Source: a virus
Lineage: Duplodnaviria > Heunggongvirae > Uroviricota > Caudoviricetes
DNA: 64,000 nucleotides
Reading direction: 5' to 3' (one strand)
Virus record (IMG/VR): IMGVR_UViG_3300013121_000002
Coordinates: 43,976 to 107,975 of that record
Program-made: the position numbers and the translations under genes
Shown here: positions 42,889-51,666 of the stretch, piece after piece
Layout of the letters: each line of letters starts with the position of its first letter
How positions within the stretch are numbered: the first letter of the stretch is position 1
The notes under the pieces: model-generated
The model's input: the letters and a program-made list of their open reading frames with translations, nothing else
Told to the model about the DNA's origin: nothing
Database searches by the model: none

Positions 42889-43626
42889 GTGGCGAAACTG
42901 AACCAAATCATTGCCATCGAGAAGGGGATCAAATCCCGGACGTATGGCGAGTTGACCGAAGTCAACAAGGCGATCCAGAAGCCTGACCTGTTCAACGGCT
43001 TCTACAAATCATACCAGTCGCGTGACGACGAAGGCGACGTACTGCCTGCCGAGCGCAAACGCGTCCAGTACAACACCCGCGAGGTGTTACAGCACGTCGA
43101 GCGCCTGTCCACTGAACTCATCGACGTGACGGCGCGCAAGGATTTCACCAACTGCATCGCCAAGGCCGACGTGGTCGTCGATGGGGTTACCATCGTCACC
43201 GGAGCGCCGGTCAGCTTCCTCCTGTTTCTGGAGAAGCAGTTGACCGATCTGCATACGCTCGTCGGCAACCTGCCCGTCCTCGACGAGGCCGAGGCTTGGG
43301 CGCTCGATCCCAATTCCGGGCTCTACAAGACCGAGGGTACGCAGACCCATCGGACCAAGAAGGTCCAGAAGCCCATCGTTCTCTATCCGGCGACGCCGGA
43401 ACACCCGGCGCAGACGCAGATGGTCACGGAGGACGTGATCGCCGGTTTCTGGTCGCAGGTGAAGCACTCCGGGGCGCTGCCGAAACCGAACAAGCTGGAG
43501 CTACTGGAGCGGGTCGAGGAGCTACTGCGCGCCGTCAAGCAGGCGCGCGAGGAGGCCAACATTCAGGAGGAGGTGCCGACGCCTTCGGTCGGCGGTGCCG
43601 TTTTCCAGTACCTGCTCGGGAGCTAA
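42889..43626 (+). CDS. Hypothetical protein
   Basis: 245-aa ORF with an RBS AGGGGAGCTACCGTG upstream and unbiased composition. Confidence 0.5.
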   Translation: MAKLNQIIAIEKGIKSRTYGELTEVNKAIQKPDLFNGFYKSYQSRDDEGDVLPAERKRVQYNTREVLQHVERLSTELIDVTARKDFTNCIAKADVVVDGVTIVTGAPVSFLLFLEKQLTDLHTLVGNLPVLDEAEAWALDPNSGLYKTEGTQTHRTKKVQKPIVLYPATPEHPAQTQMVTEDVIAGFWSQVKHSGALPKPNKLELLERVEELLRAVKQAREEANIQEEVPTPSVGGAVFQYLLGS

Positions 43627-43739
43627 ACGATTACGGTGGTCCTCGATTAGGCAGAGGGGCAACGTCCACTTCACGTCCAGCGGGTAGCTCCAGCGATGGG
43701 GCGGACCCGGTAGCCAATGCGAAAGGACGCCACTAACGA

Positions 43740-44330
43740 AATAAGCTCAGCCTTGTCGTGAATTTGAGTTGCGAACGTGGGGGTTCAAATCCTCCCTCCC
43801 CGACCATGACGGGGAGTGCCGGAACGGTAGACGGGAGTCCCTTCGGGACTTGTTCGCTTCAAACTAAATCTATTCACGCAAGTTGAGCATTGCCGCGCCG
43901 ATCCTATCGAGGTGCGTCGGGTTCCAATTGAGAGGCGCTGGTTCAAATCCAGCCGCGCCCGCCATGTGGGGCGCGTGGTCCAGCGGAAGGGCGCTCAACA
44001 TGAAACTGATCCGACGTATTAAACGCCGAGGGTTGGGAGAAGTCGCGGTACAAGCCCCGGCAGTCTAGGCTAGTGCTGCCGGGGCACCTATCCCAGAGGT
44101 TCCAGCTTGGGGAACGGATCAGCGGCCAAGAGGTTCAAAGGCCACGGACCTGCGGGTAGCTCGACGGAGCAAAACCTGCCAACGCTGATCCAGCAATTCG
44201 TGCTCGGAGAATAGATCACCGGGGACCGAGAGGGGGTCCGCCACCTCCTGTAGAACAGCCCGGTGCAGCTTACGCCTGTCTGCACCGAGCCAAAGCCTAC
44301 CTCCCGGTGATCCCTATCAAGGGATAATCA
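43740..44330 (+). ncRNA. ORF-free region with tRNA-like fragments: two T-arm + 3' acceptor + CCA elements, each immediately followed by its complementary 5' acceptor strand (permuted tRNA-like/Y-RNA-like modules), plus a strong 10-bp hairpin
   Basis: GGGGGUUCAAAUCCUCC-CUCCCCG-A-CCA-uga-CGGGGAG at ~43768-43806. GCUGGUUCAAAUCCAGC-CGCGCCC-G-CCA-ugu-GGGCGCG at ~43925-43967. D-loop-like AACGGUAGA/AGCGG follows each. Hairpin GCCCCGGCAG/CUGCCGGGGC at ~44043-44073. Confidence 0.35.
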
Positions 44331-44331
44331 A

Positions 44332-44556
44332 ATGGACGAGATCATTGCGGCCTTGAAGCCGCTGGCCGCCATCGCTGACGCCTACGATGACGACGGGCTC
44401 GACGAGGAGCGGCCAGACTGGATCAGGCGTGGCGTGTCCAAGCCGCTAGAAGGGCGCGAGGTCGAGCTTCTATCCGGGCGCGGCGGTCGCCGCCTGCTGA
44501 CCCTGAACGACGCGTTCGAGGCGCGGCGCGTCCTGCGCAAGCTCCAGCAGGGCTAA
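44332..44556 (+). CDS. Hypothetical protein
   Basis: 74-aa ORF. Confidence 0.4.
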   Translation: MDEIIAALKPLAAIADAYDDDGLDEERPDWIRRGVSKPLEGREVELLSGRGGRRLLTLNDAFEARRVLRKLQQG

Positions 44557-44834
44557 CCGTTCGGCTCGGGATCGAACGTCTCGATGGTGAAGGCGGTGAG
44601 CGGCCGGTTCGGTTTCCCATCAGGGCGGCGCGGCCGAACGGTACTGGTCTGCTGCCAGCACGCCATCGCCGACGCCACATCCGGGAAGCGCATCGCCTCG
44701 GACAGATTGTCGGTGGCGTGAACGTCGCCGAGCCCGCCGTGGCCGTCCGGGTCGTAGCTCTTGAGGTAGAGCCCGTCGAACTCCGGCATCCGGTGGCCGC
44801 TGGCAAGCTCGATCAGTTTGATTACGCGGGTCAT
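44553..44834 (-). CDS. Hypothetical protein (start MTRVIKLIELASGH)
   Basis: RBS GGAAACGAAAACAAAATG. ATGA overlap with the upstream gene. The track ORF 44553..44942 has a doubtful Arg-rich N-terminal extension. Confidence 0.4.
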   Translation of the reverse strand: MTRVIKLIELASGHRMPEFDGLYLKSYDPDGHGGLGDVHATDNLSEAMRFPDVASAMACWQQTSTVRPRRPDGKPNRPLTAFTIETFDPEPNG

Positions 44835-45202
44835 TTTGTTTTCGTTTCCTTTCCCATGAGGATCGCCTGCGCCCGCTCGATGTCGGCGGCCGTCAGGCCG
44901 GGCGGCGGGGTGCCGGTGAGGTGGAACCGCAGGTCGCGCCACATCTTGGCGACGGCGGTTTCCTCGGCAAGGGCTTCACGCGAGAGGTAGTAGCGGATTG
45001 GCGGCGTGAAGTCGTTCACCGGCCGGGGCCGTAAAGTTTCGATGTCCACACCGCCGTAGACGCGCCTATTCTCGACCAGCGCAACCTCTGCCCAACGCCG
45101 ACCGATCTTGGTGACGACCACATCCACAGGAAGCCGGGCAGCGCCGTAATGATTGTTGATGGCGACGAGGGTCTGCCCGATGTGTGTGATTACCTTGGTC
45201 AT
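44831..45202 (-). CDS. Hypothetical protein
   Basis: 123-aa ORF. RBS GGAGTAAACGAAAATG. Confidence 0.45.
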   Translation of the reverse strand: MTKVITHIGQTLVAINNHYGAARLPVDVVVTKIGRRWAEVALVENRRVYGGVDIETLRPRPVNDFTPPIRYYLSREALAEETAVAKMWRDLRFHLTGTPPPGLTAADIERAQAILMGKETKTK

Positions 45203-45208
45203 TTTCGT

Positions 45209-45475
45209 TTACTCCAGACAGAAGATGTCGTCGCCTTCGGCGAAGGTGCCACAGGCGAGCCAGAGAACCTTCTGCGCCAGTTCGTCGTCCGACAGCGCAT
45301 TCAGTTCGTCAAGTTCCCACGCACCGTAGCCGTAGAGGCACTTGATCGCTTCGGCGCGCGGCACCTTGAAGTCGAGGTAGCTCTGCCAGTAGTCCACCTC
45401 GGCATCGACCCGGCCGGGCGCGCTGCACTCAGCGATGCAGTCAGGCGGGAAGTCCTCGATTCCGTAGATCGTCAT
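45209..45475 (-). CDS. Hypothetical acidic protein (start MTIYGIEDF)
   Basis: The in-frame upstream part of the track ORF 45209..45736 is Arg/His-rich and looks spurious. Confidence 0.35.
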   Translation of the reverse strand: MTIYGIEDFPPDCIAECSAPGRVDAEVDYWQSYLDFKVPRAEAIKCLYGYGAWELDELNALSDDELAQKVLWLACGTFAEGDDIFCLE

Positions 45476-45477
45476 AG

Positions 45478-45699
45478 CTAGACCCTCTTGATGAGCGGTA
45501 CGTCGCTCGGCTCGACCGTGAAGCCCTGATTGTCGGTGAGGTCGGCGATGATGTCGTCGGCGTAGCGGTGCTCGACGACGTAGGCCGTTCCGAAGGTCAT
45601 GGCGTTGGCGAACGCCTCGGTGGCGAACTCCTGCGCCGCCTCGGACACCGGGGTGAACAGGACGATGGAGCCCTGATCGTTGATGCGGAAATCGGTCAT
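45478..45699 (-). CDS. Hypothetical protein
   Basis: 73-aa ORF with protein-like composition. RBS GGAGGGAAACCAAATG. Confidence 0.4.
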   Translation of the reverse strand: MTDFRINDQGSIVLFTPVSEAAQEFATEAFANAMTFGTAYVVEHRYADDIIADLTDNQGFTVEPSDVPLIKRV

Positions 45700-45784
45700 T
45701 TGGTTTCCCTCCTACAGGAACCGCGTTGCGATGCAAATGAAATGGGGAGCCCGGCTCCCCATTTCAAGTCCTAATCGTTACGTT

Positions 45785-46291
45785 TTAGGCTCCGGCTCGG
45801 TGTGTGCCGACCGTCATCCCAAACACCTTGATTGGCGCATTGACGGCGACCTTGCCGGTCAAAGCTACGTCGAGAGGGATCATGGTTTGTGTCCCCTCGC
45901 TGGCACTGACAACAAACCAACCCACCCGATTAGGAACGGCTCCCTCGGGTAGGAATATGTAAACGAACTCCACCCACGACTCTGGTGCTGGGAGAGCCGC
46001 AGCCAGCGTATCGAACACTTTAGCCTCGGCCTTCGTTTCGCCTCGGTCGCGACCGTAGGCCACAGTGTAGCCCTTCTTCGGTGTACTGAAGCTGTGTCCC
46101 TTCGGCTTGGTTATTTTTGGCGCGAGGGATGATAGGTCACCGAGCGCAACCAGCTTCTCGACCTTGGCAGGATTCTGGAAGTGTTCGCGCAGAATCCTGC
46201 CAACGCCTTGGAGGTAGCCGTCAAAGTGGACGTAAATGCGCGCAAATTTGCCATCCTTGCGTTGGACGATACTGTTGGAACGAGTGCTCAT
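45785..46291 (-). CDS. Hypothetical protein (start MSTRSNSIVQRKDGKF)
   Basis: RBS GGAGATCACGATG. The track ORF extends further upstream, but that part is unlikely. Confidence 0.45.
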   Translation of the reverse strand: MSTRSNSIVQRKDGKFARIYVHFDGYLQGVGRILREHFQNPAKVEKLVALGDLSSLAPKITKPKGHSFSTPKKGYTVAYGRDRGETKAEAKVFDTLAAALPAPESWVEFVYIFLPEGAVPNRVGWFVVSASEGTQTMIPLDVALTGKVAVNAPIKVFGMTVGTHRAGA

Positions 46292-46325
46292 CGTGATCTC
46301 CTTATTAGGCGGTGGTTTAGGATCG

Positions 46326-46601
46326 TTATATTTCGTTACGCGTTTTGTCGAGGTCGTACAGCGCCTGCCGGATAACCAAATCCTTGGCGTCAAAACCGTA
46401 GTGCTTTTCCAACAGCAGCGCCATCGTCGGCGATACGGCCGAGTGCTTGTTGAGAACCCGTGACAGTGCCGGGCGCGTGACGCCCAGCTTGTCGGCGACT
46501 GCTGCAATCGACGCTGTGCGGTTGCGGTTCGGGCCGACGACGAAAATTATACCGCTTGCCACGAGGATACCGCGCACATAGTTGCCGGGGTGCTGCGTCA
46601 T
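46326..46601 (-). CDS. higA: HigA-like antitoxin (XRE-family HTH)
   Basis: MTQHPGNYVRGILV...IAAVADKLGVTRPALSRVLNKHSAVSPTMALLLEKHYGFDAKDLVIRQALYDL matches the HigA pattern HPGE.L....L...GLS...LA..LGV....IS.I.NG.R. Confidence 0.55.
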   Translation of the reverse strand: MTQHPGNYVRGILVASGIIFVVGPNRNRTASIAAVADKLGVTRPALSRVLNKHSAVSPTMALLLEKHYGFDAKDLVIRQALYDLDKTRNEI

Positions 46602-46840
46602 GACTGCTCCTGTAGGTTCGCCAGCGACTTCCCATCGCGGCGGACGTGAAAGCATTCGGCGTACCCTGAGCCGACCCGGTGGATGATGCCGCGCTCGTCC
46701 TGATAGCGCCGGGGCGACAACTTGGTGCAGCGCAGGAAGAACGAATTGTGCCCCGGCTTGTCGTCGTCGATCCAATCGAACGTGTCGCCCGGCTGGAGGT
46801 TGCGGAACGCGGTGCGGAAGTCCGTCTTGTCGCTGACCAT
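46598..46840 (-). CDS. higB: HigB/RelE-superfamily toxin-like protein
   Basis: 80 aa, located immediately upstream of and overlapping the HigA-like gene (toxin-first HigBA order). Similarity is only pattern-level. Confidence 0.4.
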   Translation of the reverse strand: MVSDKTDFRTAFRNLQPGDTFDWIDDDKPGHNSFFLRCTKLSPRRYQDERGIIHRVGSGYAECFHVRRDGKSLANLQEQS

Positions 46841-47017
46841 TTAAGTCCCCTGCCCTTCGATGCCGCAGAGCGAGCATCCGTAACGGTTGGCGATGTGCTG
46901 CCCGTAGGGCTCGCCGCACTGACCACAGGTCTGCCCATCCGCGTCGGACTGCTCCTGCAAGGTCAGCGGGCGCGGTGGCTGCGGCGCGGGCACCGGCTTG
47001 ATCGTTGAGTTGGTCAT
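46841..47017 (-). CDS. Small zinc-ribbon protein (58 aa)
   Basis: Hand translation: ...CGQCGEPYGQHIANRYGCSLCG. Shorter than the ORF-track cutoff. Confidence 0.35.
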   Translation of the reverse strand: MTNSTIKPVPAPQPPRPLTLQEQSDADGQTCGQCGEPYGQHIANRYGCSLCGIEGQGT

Positions 47018-47028
47018 AGTCGTCCTCC

Positions 47029-47253
47029 CTAGCTGGCGTCGCGCCGCTCGACCGCAATCGGCTGGCCGGGAAAGCGGGCGACGAGTTGGTCGTAGGTCTG
47101 CCTGACCTTCGGGTGCGTCAGCAGGACGGCATCGGACTCCTGTAGCTCGATGCCGAACTCGCTGGTGTACTGGATGAAGCCAAGGCGGTGGAACACCTTG
47201 ATGACAACGCGGGTGTGCGGTTCCATTTCGTTAGTCCCCCCTGTAGTCGTCAA
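47029..47253 (-). CDS. Hypothetical protein
   Basis: 74-aa ORF. Confidence 0.35.
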   Translation of the reverse strand: MTTTGGTNEMEPHTRVVIKVFHRLGFIQYTSEFGIELQESDAVLLTHPKVRQTYDQLVARFPGQPIAVERRDAS

Positions 47254-47635
47254 CGATCTCGACGCTCAGCGCGTGCGCGTAGGTGTCGGCGAGGTAGTCC
47301 TTGATGTCGTTCCGGTTCCGGCCAGTGATCCGAAGGTCGAAGCCGTTCGCGAGCGATGGTGTGGCGATCACCGCGTGGTCGGTCCAGCCATCATAGCCGC
47401 CGTGCTGATCCATGTGGTGGAACGACAGGTCGAACCGTAGCCGGTCGGCATCGAGCCGGTCGTCATTGAACTTGGTGCCGGTGTCGATCCCGGACCCGCT
47501 CGGCAGGTACTCCCTGACGTAGTGCTCGACCGCTGCGAGGTGGCGATCCTCCCACGCCTTGTTGCCGTTGGTCTGGCAGTTGATGGCTGCCTGCACCCGG
47601 CTGGCGATGATCTGGTAAAGCGGCTTGCGCTGCAT
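47231..47635 (-). CDS. Hypothetical protein
   Basis: 134-aa ORF with diverse composition. Confidence 0.45.
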   Translation of the reverse strand: MQRKPLYQIIASRVQAAINCQTNGNKAWEDRHLAAVEHYVREYLPSGSGIDTGTKFNDDRLDADRLRFDLSFHHMDQHGGYDGWTDHAVIATPSLANGFDLRITGRNRNDIKDYLADTYAHALSVEIVDDYRGD

Positions 47636-47644
47636 GTTAGCCTC

Positions 47645-47833
47645 CTAGACCCTAACCCATGTGAAATCGGTACGGTTGCGGAAGCGCCGCTTAGCCGCCC
47701 CTTTGGCTATTCCTTCGGTGCGGTACGGTCCCCACCAACCGCCCGCTTGCGCGGCGGGCCGGGCAGGGTCTGACCCGACCCGATGCATCCACTGACCATC
47801 CTCGCGCTGCTTCAATTCGATCTTCAACGGCAT
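47645..47833 (-). CDS. Hypothetical small protein
   Basis: 62 aa. Confidence 0.3.
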   Translation of the reverse strand: MPLKIELKQREDGQWMHRVGSDPARPAAQAGGWWGPYRTEGIAKGAAKRRFRNRTDFTWVRV

Positions 47834-47836
47834 GGG

Positions 47837-48181
47837 TTAATCTCCATAACGATTAGCAAGCAGGGCGCTCTGGGCCATGCTGCGATCCTGTCCGGTGACA
47901 CCCTCGTCACGCATGACCGACAGGTAATTCTGTGCGTCGTCGAGCGCCGCCTTGGCAGCCTCGACCGCCTCCTCGGCGAGCGCGATGACCTGCTCGTCGG
48001 TTAGCGATATGCCGTGGTGCTGGTAGCAGTAGGGATCGCCCTGCGTTCCGCAGACCGGGCACTCCGGGCAGATGCAGGATGCGGCATCCCGACCGCAGAT
48101 TTCACAGGCGCGCTCCTCCTCCTCCTCGGGGATCGAGGTGACGCCGGGAGGGAGCGACCATCCGAAGATGTTGCGGGTCAT
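47837..48181 (-). CDS. Cys-rich acidic protein (multiple CxxC)
   Basis: CEICGRDAASCICPECPVCGTQGDPYCYQHH. Confidence 0.45.
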   Translation of the reverse strand: MTRNIFGWSLPPGVTSIPEEEEERACEICGRDAASCICPECPVCGTQGDPYCYQHHGISLTDEQVIALAEEAVEAAKAALDDAQNYLSVMRDEGVTGQDRSMAQSALLANRYGD

Positions 48182-48184
48182 TGG

Positions 48185-48370
48185 TTAGCCTCCCACCTTG
48201 CGATGAAGCGCCGTCACGGTCCCGCACGCAGCGAGGAACCGCTTGGCGTCGAACCGGACATTGGCCTGCTCGAACTCGCGGACGAAGGCCCATGCCGTCA
48301 GGGCGCGCTGTTCGGTGTCAGCGATCTGGCTCACGACGCGAGCCACCATTTCAAAATGCTGCTTGGTCAT
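48185..48370 (-). CDS. Hypothetical small protein
   Basis: 61 aa. RBS GGAGGGAAACGAAATG. Confidence 0.4.
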   Translation of the reverse strand: MTKQHFEMVARVVSQIADTEQRALTAWAFVREFEQANVRFDAKRFLAACGTVTALHRKVGG

Positions 48371-48643
48371 TTCGTTTCCCTCCTACAGGAACCGTATTGT
48401 GATGCGTTACAGATAACGACCCTTCAGCAGCGGTGCAAGGGGTGCCAAACGAAAATATTCAAGAAGGGTGGCCGGTCGCCAAAAATCGACACCTGTTCCA
48501 GCGTCCCGTTCTACCGCGATTTCGTTAGCTGCACAAGCCGAAACGTAACGATTACGAAAAAATTGGTGCAGCCCCTTGCGCGCGAGCGTTAGCGGGACCA
48601 TCTTTCAATTGTTAGCAACACACCCTGTAGGAGGGGTACGCAG

Positions 48644-49027
48644 ATGAGACTTTTCGGCAACCTGATGAACCGGATCGACGAGAGCGCCCGGCAGCCCGCC
48701 CCCGAGGTTGGGCAGGGCGCGACGATCCTCCACTACTCCGACCGCTCGGCTGGCACCGTCATCAAGGTCGAGCACAAGGCTCGCCAGACCATCGTCACGG
48801 TGCAGGAGGACAAGGCAACCCGCACCGACAAGAACGGGATGAGCGAGACGCAGGACTACAGCTACGAGCCCAACCCGAACGGGCCGATCTCTACCTTCCG
48901 CCTTAACGACCGGGGCACCTACGATCAGGTGCGGTTCAACACCAAGACGAGCCGGTTCAACAAGGTCGAGGAAGGGCACGGCCTCCTCCTCGGCGCTCGT
49001 GACGCCTACTACGACTACAGCTTCTAG
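48644..49027 (+). CDS. Hypothetical protein
   Basis: 127 aa. Conserved initiation motif CCTGTAGGAGGGGTACGCAGATG. Confidence 0.5.
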   Translation: MRLFGNLMNRIDESARQPAPEVGQGATILHYSDRSAGTVIKVEHKARQTIVTVQEDKATRTDKNGMSETQDYSYEPNPNGPISTFRLNDRGTYDQVRFNTKTSRFNKVEEGHGLLLGARDAYYDYSF

Positions 49028-49169
49028 GAGCCTCCGGGGCGGTCCTCACGGGCCGCCCCAAATTCGTTAGCAACACCACTTGCGCTCGCTAACGAATTGC
49101 GCTACCTAGACGGACAATGGAACAGGCGTGAATTTTTTAGCGATTTGTCCCTGTAGGAGGGGAACGACC

Positions 49170-49607
49170 ATGAAGCTCGACGTGTCCGAAGCTGGTCCGC
49201 TCAGGGACAAGCTCAAGGCGGCTTTCCAACCGCTCGTCTCGATGCTCCGCATCCCGCGCAACGACAAGCTGGTCAAGGTCAGCTACCGCAAGGGGCGCTT
49301 CCCGCTCGATCACCCAGCCATCGGCGGCACGACCTGCGCGCCGAACCCCCGGCTGGTCAAGGTCGAACTGATCGACTGGAACCGCGAGGAGACGAACCCG
49401 ATCCTCAAGGTGTTCTGCCACGAGTTCGTTCATGTCGCTCAGGTCTGCCGCGGCGCGCTCGGGCATGGGCCGAACGGCACCTCGATCTGGTATGGCTCGA
49501 CCGTGCAAATGGTCGAGGGCGGCAGCCGGGGTTACCGCGAACTGCCGTGGGAGCAGGAGGCGTTCGCGCTTCAGGACATGCTCTACGACACCATCAAGCA
49601 CCTGTAG
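49170..49607 (+). CDS. Putative zinc metallopeptidase-like protein (HExxH)
   Basis: VFCHEFVHVAQ motif. Initiation motif GTAGGAGGGGAACGACCATG. The track ORF 49128..49607 starts earlier. Confidence 0.45.
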   Translation: MKLDVSEAGPLRDKLKAAFQPLVSMLRIPRNDKLVKVSYRKGRFPLDHPAIGGTTCAPNPRLVKVELIDWNREETNPILKVFCHEFVHVAQVCRGALGHGPNGTSIWYGSTVQMVEGGSRGYRELPWEQEAFALQDMLYDTIKHL

Positions 49608-49616
49608 GAGGACGCA

Positions 49617-49835
49617 ATGAGCCGACCGATCACTAACAAACTCGACATCCGCACCTACGTTCACTGCGCGAAGTGTATCGCAGAGAAACCGAACACCATT
49701 TCGCCCCGCGACTTCGCGCAGCTAGAAGTTGGCTTCACCGCAATTGGTTTGCAGGTCTGGTGCAAGCGCCACGAGGTCAATGTCTGTCACATCGACTTTG
49801 AAGGCCAGCAGCACCCGGCCAACATGAGAGCGTAG
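49617..49835 (+). CDS. Small zinc-finger protein
   Basis: C..C....C..H..C.H pattern. Confidence 0.45.
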   Translation: MSRPITNKLDIRTYVHCAKCIAEKPNTISPRDFAQLEVGFTAIGLQVWCKRHEVNVCHIDFEGQQHPANMRA

Positions 49836-49846
49836 GAGATAACGAA

Positions 49847-50230
49847 ATGCGTATCATCAACGATCAGCAGTACGCCATCAGGCGTCTGCGCTCGATCCTC
49901 AAGCCCGGCGACAAGCTGTTCACCATCCTGCGGCACGTTTCGGCCAGCGGCATGTTGCGACGAATCAGCGTCGTCAAGGCGACGACCGATCACCTCGGCC
50001 AGCCGACCATCATCACGCTCGACCACCTTGTTGGCGACGCCGCTGGCTACAAGCAGCATAGGAACAAGCCCGGCCTCATCGCCCACGGTGCCGGAATGGA
50101 TATGGGCTACGACATCGTCTACAACCTCGGCAAGGCGCTGTGGCCGGACGGCACACCGGAGCCGCACGGCACCCGCAACGGTTCGCCGGACAGCGACGGC
50201 GGCTACGCGCTCAAGCACGAATGGCTCTAG
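49847..50230 (+). CDS. Hypothetical protein
   Basis: 127 aa. Initiation motif GTAGGAGATAACGAAATG. Confidence 0.5.
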   Translation: MRIINDQQYAIRRLRSILKPGDKLFTILRHVSASGMLRRISVVKATTDHLGQPTIITLDHLVGDAAGYKQHRNKPGLIAHGAGMDMGYDIVYNLGKALWPDGTPEPHGTRNGSPDSDGGYALKHEWL

Positions 50231-50315
50231 CGACGCTGAAAATCGAAATCAAACCACTTGAAACGGATCGTGGCTGACCCCATTTCATTATCGTTCCTGT
50301 AGGAGGGAAACGAAA

Positions 50316-50525
50316 ATGGCAGTTAGCAAGGCACAGGTCATCCCCGGCTCGATCTTCGCCAAGGGTGGCAACTTCGCGGTCACGTCGCGCTGCGGCAGCA
50401 TCCTCGACACTACGGTGTTCGACACGCGCGACGAGGCTTGGGCTGAGTTCCAGCGGCGCGGTAGCGACCCAGCGCACAACGGGGTTAGCTTCACGGTCCA
50501 CCCCGGTTTGGTCGAGGAGGAGTAG
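50316..50525 (+). CDS. Hypothetical protein
   Basis: 69 aa. Initiation motif CCTGTAGGAGGGAAACGAAAATG. Confidence 0.45.
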   Translation: MAVSKAQVIPGSIFAKGGNFAVTSRCGSILDTTVFDTRDEAWAEFQRRGSDPAHNGVSFTVHPGLVEEE

Positions 50526-50528
50526 ACC

Positions 50529-51077
50529 ATGCGCGTTGAGAAGAAGGTTGCTCGCAAGGCGTTCCCGAACTTCGGGATTGCGCCCGGCGACACCTACTAC
50601 GAATGGACCTTCTTCCGGGGTCCGACCATGAAGTCGAAAACGATGCCTACGCGGGCACAGCTAACGCAGGTCGGCTGGAAGCAGTCACTGTTCACGGCGC
50701 TCGACGGAGCACTCGCTAACGCAAGCACGCGCGAAGAACTCGATAACGCCAAGTCGGACATCGAGAACGCACGCGACGAGGCGCAGGAAGCGTTCGATGC
50801 CATCCCGGAGAATTTCCAGCAGAGCGAACGGGCGCAGGCCATCGAGAACGTAATCAGCGAGATCGAGTCTCTGATTGACGCCATCGACAGCGCCCTGAGC
50901 GATCTCCCGGAGACGGCTAACGAGATCGACGATGATGACATCAATGTTGATGACGCTATCCCGCTCGACGGCGAAACGGCCGAGGAGTTTGTGCTTCGCC
51001 TCAAGACCGAGCTTTATGAGGAGCGCGTGCAGGCGGCGATCACCGCGGCGCAGGAAAACGAACCAAGCATCGACTAG
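50529..51077 (+). CDS. Hypothetical acidic protein
   Basis: 182 aa. Confidence 0.5.
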   Translation: MRVEKKVARKAFPNFGIAPGDTYYEWTFFRGPTMKSKTMPTRAQLTQVGWKQSLFTALDGALANASTREELDNAKSDIENARDEAQEAFDAIPENFQQSERAQAIENVISEIESLIDAIDSALSDLPETANEIDDDDINVDDAIPLDGETAEEFVLRLKTELYEERVQAAITAAQENEPSID

Positions 51078-51088
51078 GAGGAAACGAA

Positions 51089-51421
51089 ATGACCGAGATC
51101 ACACTGGAGCAGGCGGTCGCATACGTCCTGCGCTTCACAAGCACGAAGGAAATTGAAACCGAACCACTGGTCAGGTTCGAGAAGGGCGCGATCTTGCGCT
51201 ACCGCCTCATCTTCCCGACCAATGAACTCGTCCGCGCTCACCGTCAGTCGCGCATAGCATACCTCACGGACGCGCTGGAGTGCCGGTTCGACATGATCGT
51301 CGGCAACGAATGGCTGGGAGAGGCAGTCGAAGCGGCCGAACCCGCCCCGGCCAAGCCGCGCGGACCATCGGCAGTCGAGCGGGCGCAGAAGCGGATCGAC
51401 AGCCTCAAGACGAATGGCTAA
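51089..51421 (+). CDS. Hypothetical protein
   Basis: 110 aa. Initiation motif CTAGGAGGAAACGAAATG. Confidence 0.5.
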   Translation: MTEITLEQAVAYVLRFTSTKEIETEPLVRFEKGAILRYRLIFPTNELVRAHRQSRIAYLTDALECRFDMIVGNEWLGEAVEAAEPAPAKPRGPSAVERAQKRIDSLKTNG

Positions 51422-51486
51422 ACGCACCCCTTGACGAACGATAACGAAATACCCATTTATTAGTCGTCCGGTAGGAGGGACACAAA

Positions 51487-51660
51487 ATGGACCAGCTAGA
51501 CCAGATCATCGCATACGAGCAGGGCGACCTCGACGAGGAGGACACCATCGCCCTCTTTCAGGAACTCCTCAACAGCGGCCTCGTGTGGCAGCTACAGGGT
51601 CACTACGGTCGCACCGCACAGGCCCTGCTGAACGCCGGGCTGATCGAGCAGCAGGAGTAA
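51487..51660 (+). CDS. Small acidic protein (57 aa)
   Basis: MDQLDQIIAYEQGDLDEEDTIALFQELLNSGLVWQLQGHYGRTAQALLNAGLIEQQE. Initiation motif GGTAGGAGGGACACAAAATG. Confidence 0.4.
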   Translation: MDQLDQIIAYEQGDLDEEDTIALFQELLNSGLVWQLQGHYGRTAQALLNAGLIEQQE

Positions 51661-51666
51661 CGAAAC

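Noticed and set aside
43740-44100. Integration core (attP) from a host tRNA 3' end, with an integrase nearby
   Set aside because: There are two different tRNA-3'-like fragments plus more in the 63-kb cluster. No tyrosine or serine integrase is recognisable anywhere in the window. Cannot be excluded without the host genome.
43925-44330. Two-piece (permuted) tmRNA gene
   Set aside because: The acceptor/T-arm-CCA piece followed by a GGGG 5' strand is reminiscent. However, the intervening segment is only 3 nt. No plausible tag reading frame ending in a hydrophobic AA-stop was found. A second, similar module lies upstream. Retained only as a low-probability alternative.
45209-45736. 175-aa ORF 45209..45736 as a single gene
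   Set aside because: Its N-terminal two-thirds is Arg/His/Gly-rich. The region is better explained by two small genes (45478..45699 in another frame and 45209..~45475), each with an SD-AAACGAAA-ATG context.
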